Sequence record: NZ_CP154590.1
Direction: 5' to 3' (one strand)
DNA length: 64,000 nucleotides
Origin: a plasmid
Made by a program: the position numbers and the translations under genes. The notes under the pieces are model-generated. The model was not told the DNA's origin and did no database searches. It saw only the letters and a list, made by a program, of their open reading frames with translations. Shown piece after piece: positions 41,105 to 50,220 of the stretch (its first letter is position 1; every line of letters begins with the position of its first letter).

Positions 41105-42191
41105 AATGCACGTCCTGAAACGACTCCGATATACCCTGGTTCGCAAGACGTTCAGCGGTCGATACCGTGTTCAGTTCTATGATGCCCTGCGATTTCTGAT
41201 TGAAAACCAGCAACAACTTAAGCCTTCACTGGAGAAAATGCGCAATGCTTGGACAAACTTCGGCCAGAACTGGCATCCCTACGTTGAGCTGACGGATGAC
41301 TGTGTTGATGCCTTAAGGGAAAACAGCGGGGAAAAAACGCTGGAGCGTACGCTCTCCCGATGGCTACCGGCCGCAGAAGCGTCCGTCATAAGCGCAGGCA
41401 TACGCAGTGAGTCACTACCACGCGCGCTAAGATACGCCTGTGCTCTGACCAGCGCCGGTAAGCGTATTCGTGCTGCAGTATGGCAGATGGCCATCTATCC
41501 GATCGGCTTTGCCATCATGATGGCCAGCACCATTTATGTGCTGAATACTGAGTTACTTCCCACGTTGACAGAAATCAGCCCGCCAGAGAACTGGACCGGT
41601 GCACTCGGCTTTCTTTATGGTATCTCGCTGTATTTCAGTGAATATGGCGTAATAACTGCCATCGCTACTATCGCATCAACTATCTGGACTATCTGGTCAC
41701 TCCCCCGCTGGCACCGCCCCGACAAACTTCGCCGTGCATTCGACGGTCTGATGCCATGGTCGGTTTATAAGGATATTCAGGGTGCAACTTTCCTGTTGAA
41801 CATCGGTGCACTACTGCAGTCCGGTGTCAAAACTAAAGACGCGCTGGAGATTCTGCAGGAAACGGCATCCCCCTGGCTTGCTGTGCGTATCGAAGCAATT
41901 ACCGAACACGTTCGTGAAGGTAAACATTTCGGGCTGGCCCTGAAAGATTGCGGTTATGACTTTCCGTCGCAGGAAGCTGCCAACTTTCTCTCCCTTCTAC
42001 AGGGGGACGGCGATGATGAAATCATAATTAACTACGGCCAGCGCTGGCTTGAACAAACTCTGGAGCGAGTAGCAAAACGTGCAGTCGTTATCCGCGGTCT
42101 CATGTTCCTGGCAATGATCCTGATGCTTTTGCTTCTGGTCCTTGTCGTTATGGATATCAATGCCCTTAACAGCTCGTCGGGCGCTTTTTAA
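41094..42191 (+). CDS. pilR: PilR, GspF/PilC-family inner membrane platform protein.
   Basis: Two T2SF-like repeats. The start is ambiguous (41070, 41094 or 41106). It overlaps the pilQ stop. Confidence 0.78.
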   Translation: MMREMHVLKRLRYTLVRKTFSGRYRVQFYDALRFLIENQQQLKPSLEKMRNAWTNFGQNWHPYVELTDDCVDALRENSGEKTLERTLSRWLPAAEASVISAGIRSESLPRALRYACALTSAGKRIRAAVWQMAIYPIGFAIMMASTIYVLNTELLPTLTEISPPENWTGALGFLYGISLYFSEYGVITAIATIASTIWTIWSLPRWHRPDKLRRAFDGLMPWSVYKDIQGATFLLNIGALLQSGVKTKDALEILQETASPWLAVRIEAITEHVREGKHFGLALKDCGYDFPSQEAANFLSLLQGDGDDEIIINYGQRWLEQTLERVAKRAVVIRGLMFLAMILMLLLLVLVVMDINALNSSSGAF

Positions 42192-42204
42192 ACGAGGAAA
42201 AATC

Positions 42205-42819
42205 ATGCAATTTAATTCCGAATCAACTTCTCAGACATACAAACCGGTTAAGACAGTGTTGCACCATCGAGGCTGGGGGTTTCTGGAACAGGGGAGTATT
42301 GCCCTGATCGTCCTGGTCGTCATCGGCCTTGTGCTGGCGGGATACTTCGCCCTCAAAAATAACGTCAACGTGGGTAAGGAATCATCGAATATTCAATCTC
42401 TCATCACCAGTACACAAAACCTGCTGAAAGGGGGAGATGGTTACACATTCACTTCCGGAGCCAAAATGATGGGCGCGCTTATCCAGATGAAAGTCCAGCC
42501 TAAAAGTATGACTGTACGGGGTACAGCCTCTTCAGGGACTGCCACACTTTACAATGGATGGGGTGGTGCAGTGACACTGTCACCTGTAACCGTGTCTGGA
42601 TTCTCAAACGGATTCTCATTGACCTACGAAATGGTTCCTCAGGATGCCTGCGTCTCGCTCGCCACACAGCTCAGCCGAGCCAAAATTGCTGATGCCATTA
42701 CCGTCAACTCCACGGCACACAGTGATGGAATCGTGACAACCGAAGAAGCCAGCGCACAATGCACAGCTGACAATGGGAGTACCGGTACTAACAAGCTGAT
42801 CTTCACGCTTAACAGCTAA
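42205..42819 (+). CDS. pilS: PilS type IV prepilin (major thin-pilus pilin).
   Basis: Short leader, then G/hydrophobic N-terminal helix ...GWGFLEQGSIALIVLVVIGLVLAGYFA. Confidence 0.72.
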   Translation: MQFNSESTSQTYKPVKTVLHHRGWGFLEQGSIALIVLVVIGLVLAGYFALKNNVNVGKESSNIQSLITSTQNLLKGGDGYTFTSGAKMMGALIQMKVQPKSMTVRGTASSGTATLYNGWGGAVTLSPVTVSGFSNGFSLTYEMVPQDACVSLATQLSRAKIADAITVNSTAHSDGIVTTEEASAQCTADNGSTGTNKLIFTLNS

Positions 42820-42828
42820 GGAGACGAT

Positions 42829-43386
42829 ATGCGGAGGGAACGCATTCTCTCCTGCTACCTGGCAATGATGCTGCTCATTTTTTCCCTTTCCCCAGGTCCA
42901 TTGATGGCCAGTTCGAACTCCCCTCCTGATACGTTTGATGCCTGCTTTAATAGTGCCGGTGCCCGATACCAGATAGAGCCACTGCTGCTTAAGGCAATGG
43001 CCAAAGGGGAGTCCTGGCTCCGACCATGGGTCACAAACACTAACAGGGATAAAAAGGGCAATCCGGTCAGCACGGACTATGGGTTGATGCAGATAAATTC
43101 AACCCATGTGCCAAAGCTCATCCGAATGGGCATCATCCAGAGTGCAGAAGACCTGCTGAAACGACCCTGTCTGAATATTCAGATCGGGGCGTGGATACTG
43201 GCCAGCCACTTTCAGGTATGTGGTGTGACATGGAATTGCCTCGGGTCTTACAACGCTGGATTTCGTAAGGACAGGCACGAAACTCGCGAACAGTATGCCA
43301 ACCGTATCTGGGGGTTCTATCTGGAACTGAAAGGCCTTCGAGTCTGTCGGCAGGAGAAAGGAAAGCGAATATGCGAACCATCATAG
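42829..43386 (+). CDS. pilT: PilT lytic transglycosylase (SLT domain).
   Basis: ...GESWLRPWVTNTN...YGLMQINS... is an SLT catalytic motif with a signal peptide. Confidence 0.75.
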   Translation: MRRERILSCYLAMMLLIFSLSPGPLMASSNSPPDTFDACFNSAGARYQIEPLLLKAMAKGESWLRPWVTNTNRDKKGNPVSTDYGLMQINSTHVPKLIRMGIIQSAEDLLKRPCLNIQIGAWILASHFQVCGVTWNCLGSYNAGFRKDRHETREQYANRIWGFYLELKGLRVCRQEKGKRICEPS

Positions 43387-44045
43387 TCACCAGCCTGGCA
43401 ACAGCATGGAGCCTGCCGTTACTGCTGGGTTTTGCGCTAATTGGCAGATGCCTGATGTGGAGAGTACTCGACTTTCTGGAAGATACCACTGCTCATAGTA
43501 AGGAGCGGAACTCGCTTCTAACTGCTGGGATTTGGCTTTTCGCCACGTTCAGTATGATCGCTGCCCTGTCACCGACTCCAATTGCCGATCGGGCTGCTGC
43601 CATCATGATGATGGGCTTCCTGCTTCAGTCCGGTATCACCGACGCAGTCAGTGGATATTTGCCACGTACTTTCACAGCACGTCTGTTACTTGGAGGACTT
43701 ATTTGGGGAGTAACAAAAGACGTTTCGATTGCAGGTGTATATACGCAATTGGTGGAAATCGCTGTGGTGGGCGGCCTGATGACGTTGCTGAGTATCCTGA
43801 TAAACCGGGGCGATCAGCGTCTTGGTCGGGGAGATTTATGGCTGATAACAGGTCTGACGGCCTGGATGGGGGGGAAAGATGCAGCACTGGCCACTCTGTT
43901 TGGTGCTGCAGCCTTTATGCTCTGGCTGCTAACCTGGCATTTGTCCGGAAAAAAAGAGGGGCCCCTTGGCCCCTGGTTGTGTCTTAGCGGGAGTCTCTTC
44001 CAGTTATCCAATCTGTATCAACCTGTATGGATATCAATCTTATGA
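43371..44045 (+). CDS. pilU: PilU prepilin peptidase (A24 family).
   Basis: Polytopic membrane protein with conserved Asp residues. Position after pilT. Confidence 0.75.
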   Translation: MRTIIVTSLATAWSLPLLLGFALIGRCLMWRVLDFLEDTTAHSKERNSLLTAGIWLFATFSMIAALSPTPIADRAAAIMMMGFLLQSGITDAVSGYLPRTFTARLLLGGLIWGVTKDVSIAGVYTQLVEIAVVGGLMTLLSILINRGDQRLGRGDLWLITGLTAWMGGKDAALATLFGAAAFMLWLLTWHLSGKKEGPLGPWLCLSGSLFQLSNLYQPVWISIL

Positions 44046-45424
44046 AAAAGCACGATCGTGGCTGGGCGAATCTTGATGTTGCTCTGGCGCTCATAGTTGT
44101 GATGGCAATGACCGTCTTTGGACTCACTAAATACAAAGACTGGCAGCAGGAGAAAAACTGGCAGGTTGAAGCCTCCCATATCAGTACATACGCAGCTGCT
44201 GCACGGGGATACGTCGGTCGTAACTACGCCACTTTGTTAAGCGCAACCAGTACCACCGCGCCGACAGTGATAACTACGGCCATGCTTAAAAACACGGGTT
44301 TCCTGCCGTCCGGTTTCACCGAAACAAACAGTCAGGGTCAGCGTTTGAACACTTATCTGGTCAGGAATGGGCAAAACACGGAGTTACTACAGGGCATGGT
44401 AGTATCCAGCGGTGGCAGTGTATACCCGGACAAGGCATTGAGGCTGATATCAAGGGATATCAAAACCGGTTTCGGGGGCTACATTGATGATGGTAAAACC
44501 GCCACAGGTGCCCTGCGTTCTTGGAAAATCCTGCTGAGCAGTTACGGTGCCACCTCTGGTAATGGACATATTGCAGTACTCCTCTCAACAGATGAGCTGT
44601 CTGGTGCGCAGGAGGACAACGACAGGCTGTACCGTTTTCAGGTAAATGGGCGTCCCGATCTGAATAAAATGCACACTGCTATCGACATGGGTGGTAACAA
44701 CCTGAACAGTGTCGGCACCATTAATGGCCAGACTGGAACATTTAGCGGAAACGTCAGTGGGTCAAACGGTATTTTTACCAGTAATGTCAGCGGTGCAAAC
44801 GGTAGTTTCACCCAAAACATTACAGCCGGAGCACAGGTAAAAGGAGCAACGGTCCGTGCCGACAGCGACATTAGCGCCGGACGCAATATTACGGCAACTA
44901 ACGAGGTTTCTGGTGCCACAGTCAAAGCAACAGGCAACTTGTCAGCAGGTGGGGTTTTGCAGTTGGATCGGATCAATGTTGCAGGCATCGCTTGTTACCC
45001 GAATGGGCAGATAAGCCGCGATGCCAATGGCGGCGTACTTTCCTGTCAATCCGGCGTGTGGGGCGGATCTGACAGCTACCCTGTTGGTAGCCCTATTCCG
45101 TGGCCTTCCACAACACCCCCACCAGGTTTCTTTTTAATGGCAGGGCAGAGCTTTTCATGCGGTTCTAACCCTAAACTGGCTATTGTTTATCCTGGATGTG
45201 TATTACCCGATCTACGCGGCACATTTATACGTGGTTGGGATAATGGGCGCGGCCTCGACAATGGACGAGCTATTCTCAGTTACCAAAAAGACCAAAGTAA
45301 TATGATCCTTAATACTGGTGGTAGGCTCGAAGGCCATCATAACGGTATGGATCATTACTACTCAAATGGTAGTGAAGTACGCCCTAAGAACGTTGCGTTT
45401 AACTACATAGTCAAAGCCGGTTGA
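44027..45424 (+). CDS. pilV: PilV tip adhesin/minor pilin. The constant region runs to about 45043, and the currently fused variable C-terminal segment is 45063-45424.
   Basis: The prepilin-like N-terminus (start probably MKKHDRGW at 44042) and an in-frame 19-bp sfx repeat at 45044 show that a shufflon-selected C-terminus is fused. Confidence 0.8.
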   Translation: MDINLMKKHDRGWANLDVALALIVVMAMTVFGLTKYKDWQQEKNWQVEASHISTYAAAARGYVGRNYATLLSATSTTAPTVITTAMLKNTGFLPSGFTETNSQGQRLNTYLVRNGQNTELLQGMVVSSGGSVYPDKALRLISRDIKTGFGGYIDDGKTATGALRSWKILLSSYGATSGNGHIAVLLSTDELSGAQEDNDRLYRFQVNGRPDLNKMHTAIDMGGNNLNSVGTINGQTGTFSGNVSGSNGIFTSNVSGANGSFTQNITAGAQVKGATVRADSDISAGRNITATNEVSGATVKATGNLSAGGVLQLDRINVAGIACYPNGQISRDANGGVLSCQSGVWGGSDSYPVGSPIPWPSTTPPPGFFLMAGQSFSCGSNPKLAIVYPGCVLPDLRGTFIRGWDNGRGLDNGRAILSYQKDQSNMILNTGGRLEGHHNGMDHYYSNGSEVRPKNVAFNYIVKAG

Positions 45425-47424
45425 GGAAACTGTCAATCCGGTGCCTGGCGTTCCCCCTCTCCATCTGATGGTATTTACACCTCTCTCGGAGCGTTTAAAG
45501 GCTTTTTTAGTAGCAGCAACACAACTGGAAAGCAGTTTAAAATATATGCCTGGGGAGGCAATCCCCCCCCCAAAAAAATCAACTTTGGTAACTCAGATAA
45601 CTGTGCCAATACGTTTTCACTGACAGCTACAGTTGGCGGCCTTACTGTTGCACACTCAATCGATGGTAACTCTCAGTGGCAGAAATCTGGAAGTTTTTCA
45701 TTTGATGTTCCTGATGGCCAATCGTTCTCGATTACATCAAATGGAATGATGGCTTATGGGTGCGATTACGGCAGTTTTAATGTGTTTCGTTTCCAGTAAC
45801 CCATATCATATGTTGCGTTTAAAAACAGCAGGAGAACCTGCGTACAACGTATTTTCTGGTACATCCGAACGTACTACGCTGTTTGCCGCTATAACGCTGT
45901 TATTGCCAATTGTAACGCCCGGTAAAACGACGACGCCTGCTCCTAGCCATACCTTATGGCCAATACTGATTGGAGCCTGAGTAACGCCACTACATCTCAA
46001 TTCAGGCGAAGTTTCATGGCTGGCTGTCGTCAGTGTGACATTCGGTCCAATCAGGGTATTGTCGCCTATCGAAATTGACGCATGATCGAGGAAGACACAT
46101 CCAGTGTTGATGTAGACACCTTGACCGATCGTTATGCGACCATATTCATAAAAAAATGGGGGGGTTACTGCGCTTTCGCCAGTTATGACAACCCCTGATT
46201 TTTTGAGCAACTTGTTGCGTGATTTTCTTCGAAGATTTGTTGTGTTGAAGAGGTTTCTGGCAGTCGGTACTTTCAACCTGTTTCTTAATGTACTGAAGAG
46301 ATACGTAAGCATTATTAGCGGCTTCCTTTGCTTGTGCTTGAGGATTTATCCAAGTTTATCATTCAGTTAATTTTTAGCACACCACGCTATTGCGCGCATA
46401 CACGTTCCACCCGTAACACCACCTCCAGTAACAAGTTGCCAGGCATTATCTGATGGTGATGGCATTGAGGAATCTGGGGCGTTCCACCCGTTACCACCTG
46501 TCCAGTTTGAGAGAACCCAGCCACCCGAAATCAATTGTTTTCCGGCAGGACAGTAGGCTTTTGAGTAGACGTATTTGCCACAAGCATCATTTCCTTGAAT
46601 CATTTCAAATGCTGATACCTTGCCGCTGGACGTCCACGCACCGGATTGACAGTCACACTGACTCTGTTGAGTTCATTTTTATGAGCAGCTAATTATGAAG
46701 CTGCATTTCCCTGTTAAATCCGTTCGGTTAGTGCCTGGGTGAAAGACATATTCATCATAGTAGCCGCATGTAACCACTCGGTTTGCATCTACGGCAGCAA
46801 CTTGACCGGCGAAGTAATTTGGTTTCCATCCATGTGGATTTTCGCTATTGCTGACACTCCAGGTGCATTGGTTTTGGCTAAAACCTGTGGGCAGCGGAAT
46901 CTGTTGCCCGTTGCCGATTAAACCCGTTAAAACTGTACTCCCTATGTTCCTGCGCCAGACACCGGATTGACAGTTAGAAACAGTTGATCATAACAGCACC
47001 GCCTAATGTATTAGTTTGCCAGAGGTACTTACCTTCACCATCCGGCCCGGCTACTGGGTAGATCTGCGATCCACCACCTTGTCCGTAATGCCCTAAAGCA
47101 CAATATCTGGCCCATGTAATATTGTTGACACCAACTGGAGAAGCGACAGAAAAAAAACCGATTTTCAAACCACTATTCCACACGCCGGATTGACAGATTA
47201 ATTAATTCAGTCTGACTGCAAAACATCTAACGTTATCTATAGTGCAAGTTTGGTTATCTTCTGTACAAGCATCAGATCCAGTGGCGACCCAACCTTGTGC
47301 CGTTAACCCGCTCGAATTCAAGGAAGTCTGGCAAATATCGCCGTAGTTATTCCCTGAATTTACTGACCATGTGTAACGCTGTATTTTTTTTTCCCCAGAA
47401 TTAGCCCAGGCACCGGATTGACAG
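45044..47424. repeat. shufflon: Shufflon multiple-inversion region with six 19-bp sfx repeats (CTGTCAATCCGGnnnnTGG core). The segments encode alternative PilV C-termini on both strands.
   Basis: Direct sfx repeats at 45044-45062 and 45430-45448. Inverted sfx repeats at 46634-46652, 46956-46974, 47178-47196 and 47406-47424. Confidence 0.8.
45806..46312 (-). CDS. Hexapeptide-repeat (left-handed beta-helix) sugar O-acetyltransferase of the maltose/galactoside acetyltransferase (Maa/LacA) family, located inside a shufflon segment. Its N-terminal ~50 aa are atypical and possibly frameshifted.
   Basis: ...YGRITIGQGVYINTGCVFLDHASISIGDNTLIGPNVTLTTASHETSPELRCSGVTQAPISIGHKVWLGAGVVVLPGVTIGNNSVIAANSVVRSDVPENTLYAGSPAVFKRNI aligns motif-for-motif with E. 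coli Maa, including the catalytic His. Confidence 0.6.
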   Translation of the reverse strand: MLTYLFSTLRNRLKVPTARNLFNTTNLRRKSRNKLLKKSGVVITGESAVTPPFFYEYGRITIGQGVYINTGCVFLDHASISIGDNTLIGPNVTLTTASHETSPELRCSGVTQAPISIGHKVWLGAGVVVLPGVTIGNNSVIAANSVVRSDVPENTLYAGSPAVFKRNI

Positions 47425-47476
47425 AATTATTGCATTTTTCTCTTAAGGCTTTATTTTCTTCACCTTTTTAGGAGTA

Positions 47477-48640
47477 ATGATGTCTTCCGTTGCGCGTATT
47501 AGAAAAATGCCCCTCAGTCGTGGCCTCGATAAATATTACGAATCAGTATCTGTTCATAAAAAGGGCCACCTTCAGGAGTTTTACCGAACCAACGTCATTA
47601 AGCGCCACCCACTGGCCAGCAGGAATATGGACGAAATCACCACGGTTGATATTGCCGCCTACCGTGATGAAAGACTGACCCAGCGCAACCCCAGGACGGG
47701 GAACCCTATCACCGGTAATACAGTAAGACTTGAGCTGGCGCTATTGTCATCACTTTTCGGTATTGCGCGTGTGGAATGGGGAACCTGCCGTAGCAATCCG
47801 GTCGAATTAGTGCGTAAACCGAAAGTATCAAAAGGTCGTGATCGCCGCCTGACATCCACTGAAGAGCGCAGACTGTCCCGGTATTTCCGCGAGCGAAACT
47901 TAATGCTGTATATAATCTTTCATCTCGCGCTGGAGACAGCCATGCGTCAGGGTGAAATCCTTAACCTGCAATGGGAATATATTGATCTGCAGCACGGTGT
48001 GGCGCACCTGCCAGACACCAAGAATGGGTCATCGCGTGACGTTCCCCTCTCACGCAAAGCACGTAATCTGCTTCAGATGTTGCCGGCCCAACTAAAAGGT
48101 AAAGTATTTTCCTATACGTCATCCGGTTTCAAAAGCGCCTGGCGGCTCGCCCTCAAGGCCCTCACTATCGAAAATCTGCATTTTCATGATCTTCGGCACG
48201 AGGCCATCAGTCGCTTTTTCGAGCTCGGTACACTGAACGTTATGGAGGTCGCTGCAATTTCGGGTCATCGGTCGATGAATATGCTTAAACGCTACACCCA
48301 TCTGAGAGCTTACCAACTGGTCAGCAAGCTGGACGCGCGACGGCGCCAGACTCAAAAGATTGCCCCCTACTTCGTACCTTATCCCGCACTGGTAGAACAG
48401 GATTGCGGAAGTACTGGTGACATAAGAGTGATGCTATGCGACTTCGAAAACTTGATGGTGTCGGCGCCGACCCGCGAACTTGCCCTGACCCGCGCCAGCG
48501 AACTGCTACTACGCACTCTGGCACTTGCTGCCCAGCGCGGCGAACGAGTCCCTGCACCAGGGGAACTCCCCATCAAAACAAACGACCACATCATGATTTG
48601 TCCGCTTAACCCCGACCAGGCTCTCTCGGCCCGGGCGTAA
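47477..48640 (+). CDS. rci: Shufflon-specific tyrosine recombinase Rci.
   Basis: 387 aa with a phage-integrase-family catalytic domain (...[11 protein letters not shown]...RY). Immediately follows the last sfx repeat. Confidence 0.85.
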   Translation: MMSSVARIRKMPLSRGLDKYYESVSVHKKGHLQEFYRTNVIKRHPLASRNMDEITTVDIAAYRDERLTQRNPRTGNPITGNTVRLELALLSSLFGIARVEWGTCRSNPVELVRKPKVSKGRDRRLTSTEERRLSRYFRERNLMLYIIFHLALETAMRQGEILNLQWEYIDLQHGVAHLPDTKNGSSRDVPLSRKARNLLQMLPAQLKGKVFSYTSSGFKSAWRLALKALTIENLHFHDLRHEAISRFFELGTLNVMEVAAISGHRSMNMLKRYTHLRAYQLVSKLDARRRQTQKIAPYFVPYPALVEQDCGSTGDIRVMLCDFENLMVSAPTRELALTRASELLLRTLALAAQRGERVPAPGELPIKTNDHIMICPLNPDQALSARA

Positions 48641-48659
48641 CCTTTATCCTGGAGGGACT

Positions 48660-49136
48660 GTGTATCTGATTATCCTTTCAGCAGTACCGCTGACATTACT
48701 GCTGTATTGCCCGGTAATGACAATCGTTAGTGCCGTGACGCCCTGGACAGGGTTTCGCACGGCCTCGGTTAGTCATCGAAAGAAGCATTACACTACCCTG
48801 CACCTTTCGACATTTGACCGGGTTGGTCATCTTAATCTTCATCGTGCAGCGCGCTTTCACCGTAGTTTTCTTGCCACGTTGCAACTGGCGTTACAAAGGG
48901 ACAGCGCCCCAGTGTACTTCACATCCCATTTGATGCGCCCGGCACACATGAAAAGCATGACCCTCCTGATGGGAAAAATGGACGATACACACCGCTGGCG
49001 CTGGATCACAGTATCGATTCCTCCTGCCGTCAGGAACGGGATACGGCTACAAACACTGGTACAGGAATGGCGCTGGATTACCGTACCGGAAACCGGCGTG
49101 CTTGTACTCATTCGACCGCGCCGGAGAATGCGTTAA
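48660..49136 (+). CDS. Hypothetical protein (158 aa), first ORF after rci, in the traE position.
   Basis: Only ORF in this 0.5 kb. Contains an internal repeat, WRWITVSIPPAV and WRWITVPETGV. Confidence 0.3.
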   Translation: MYLIILSAVPLTLLLYCPVMTIVSAVTPWTGFRTASVSHRKKHYTTLHLSTFDRVGHLNLHRAARFHRSFLATLQLALQRDSAPVYFTSHLMRPAHMKSMTLLMGKMDDTHRWRWITVSIPPAVRNGIRLQTLVQEWRWITVPETGVLVLIRPRRRMR

Positions 49137-49281
49137 AACGACAATACACAAACGCAATTAAAACGCACACGTAAACGCAGTCGATCTACACGATCGAATT
49201 AACTCGTTATACATGCGCGTCACGATTAATTATTCTTTAACTCACTGAACCGCAAGATGTAATTTTACTTAAGGGGGCCAC

Positions 49282-50118
49282 GTGGCAAACAGTCTTACCG
49301 CAATTTTCACCTCGCTTCTGGCGCTCCCCGACCTTGATCGGAACAGGATTGCAGAACTGCTTCAGCGCAATGAAAAGAAGCCTATGCAGACCACGTCACT
49401 CCGAATGAGACCCGGCACCCGCCAGCTGATTGATGAGTTATCCGGCAAGATTGGGATATCTCAATCGGAGCTACTGAATCTGGTTATAGAAGGTTCTCTG
49501 CGCGATATTTTCCTGCCGTTCAGCAATACCGCGCTTAGTATCATCGATCGCTTTGAGGTGCTAATGCAGGCACATGAGCTTGACCCGACTGATATCGCAG
49601 AGTTGCTTTCGTCATGGAATGTTCGGGTGAGCGTACTGCAGGACAGGGAACGAACGATGGACTATCTGTCCACTCCGCTCCTGCAGGCGCTCGCTCAGTG
49701 GTTTTTCGTTTCACAGGACTGGTTGTTAGGCAGGAATGTTCCAACGGTCGACACCACCCTGGCTCGACATCAATGGCCACAAACAGAAGATGCCTTACGG
49801 AAGATGATAATTCCTTCAGATGAGAATAATAATGACAGCGTTATTTTCTGGACGACCGAACATACAGGTGAGGATGAATATCAGGAACAAACCGGCATAT
49901 TAATTAAGAAGAAAATTTCTTCATCCCTGCTGACATATTTCCCGGTGTTATCCATTATTCCGCTCGTTCTGAATAAAGAGCAAAAATACTGGAAAGAACG
50001 CCTCCTCAGAGAACATGCCGCAACAGGCACTCTGCGCACCGTAACGGTCAGCAAGGGACTATCCACAGCGCTTGAACAGGGAATAACACTACCCGCACTT
50101 ATATTCAGACAGCTTTAA
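49282..50118 (+). CDS. Hypothetical protein with a probable N-terminal ribbon-helix-helix DNA-binding motif (278 aa, GTG start).
   Basis: ...TTSLRMRPGTRQLIDELSGKIGISQSELLNLVIEGSL... has an RHH-like beta-alpha-alpha pattern. Confidence 0.4.
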   Translation: MANSLTAIFTSLLALPDLDRNRIAELLQRNEKKPMQTTSLRMRPGTRQLIDELSGKIGISQSELLNLVIEGSLRDIFLPFSNTALSIIDRFEVLMQAHELDPTDIAELLSSWNVRVSVLQDRERTMDYLSTPLLQALAQWFFVSQDWLLGRNVPTVDTTLARHQWPQTEDALRKMIIPSDENNNDSVIFWTTEHTGEDEYQEQTGILIKKKISSSLLTYFPVLSIIPLVLNKEQKYWKERLLREHAATGTLRTVTVSKGLSTALEQGITLPALIFRQL

Positions 50119-50220
50119 ACCACGCAGAAATATTGAATTAAAAAAGAAAAAGAAATTTTTGATGCTGCCGCATCAAGACCTTCTTTTGCCCAAAATCCAG
50201 ACTTGACTACAGGAAATTTA

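Noticed and set aside
45044-47424. Regularly spaced 19-bp repeats. They could be mistaken for a CRISPR array.
   Set aside because: The repeats occur in both orientations, and the spacers encode in-frame PilV C-termini next to rci. This is a shufflon, not CRISPR.
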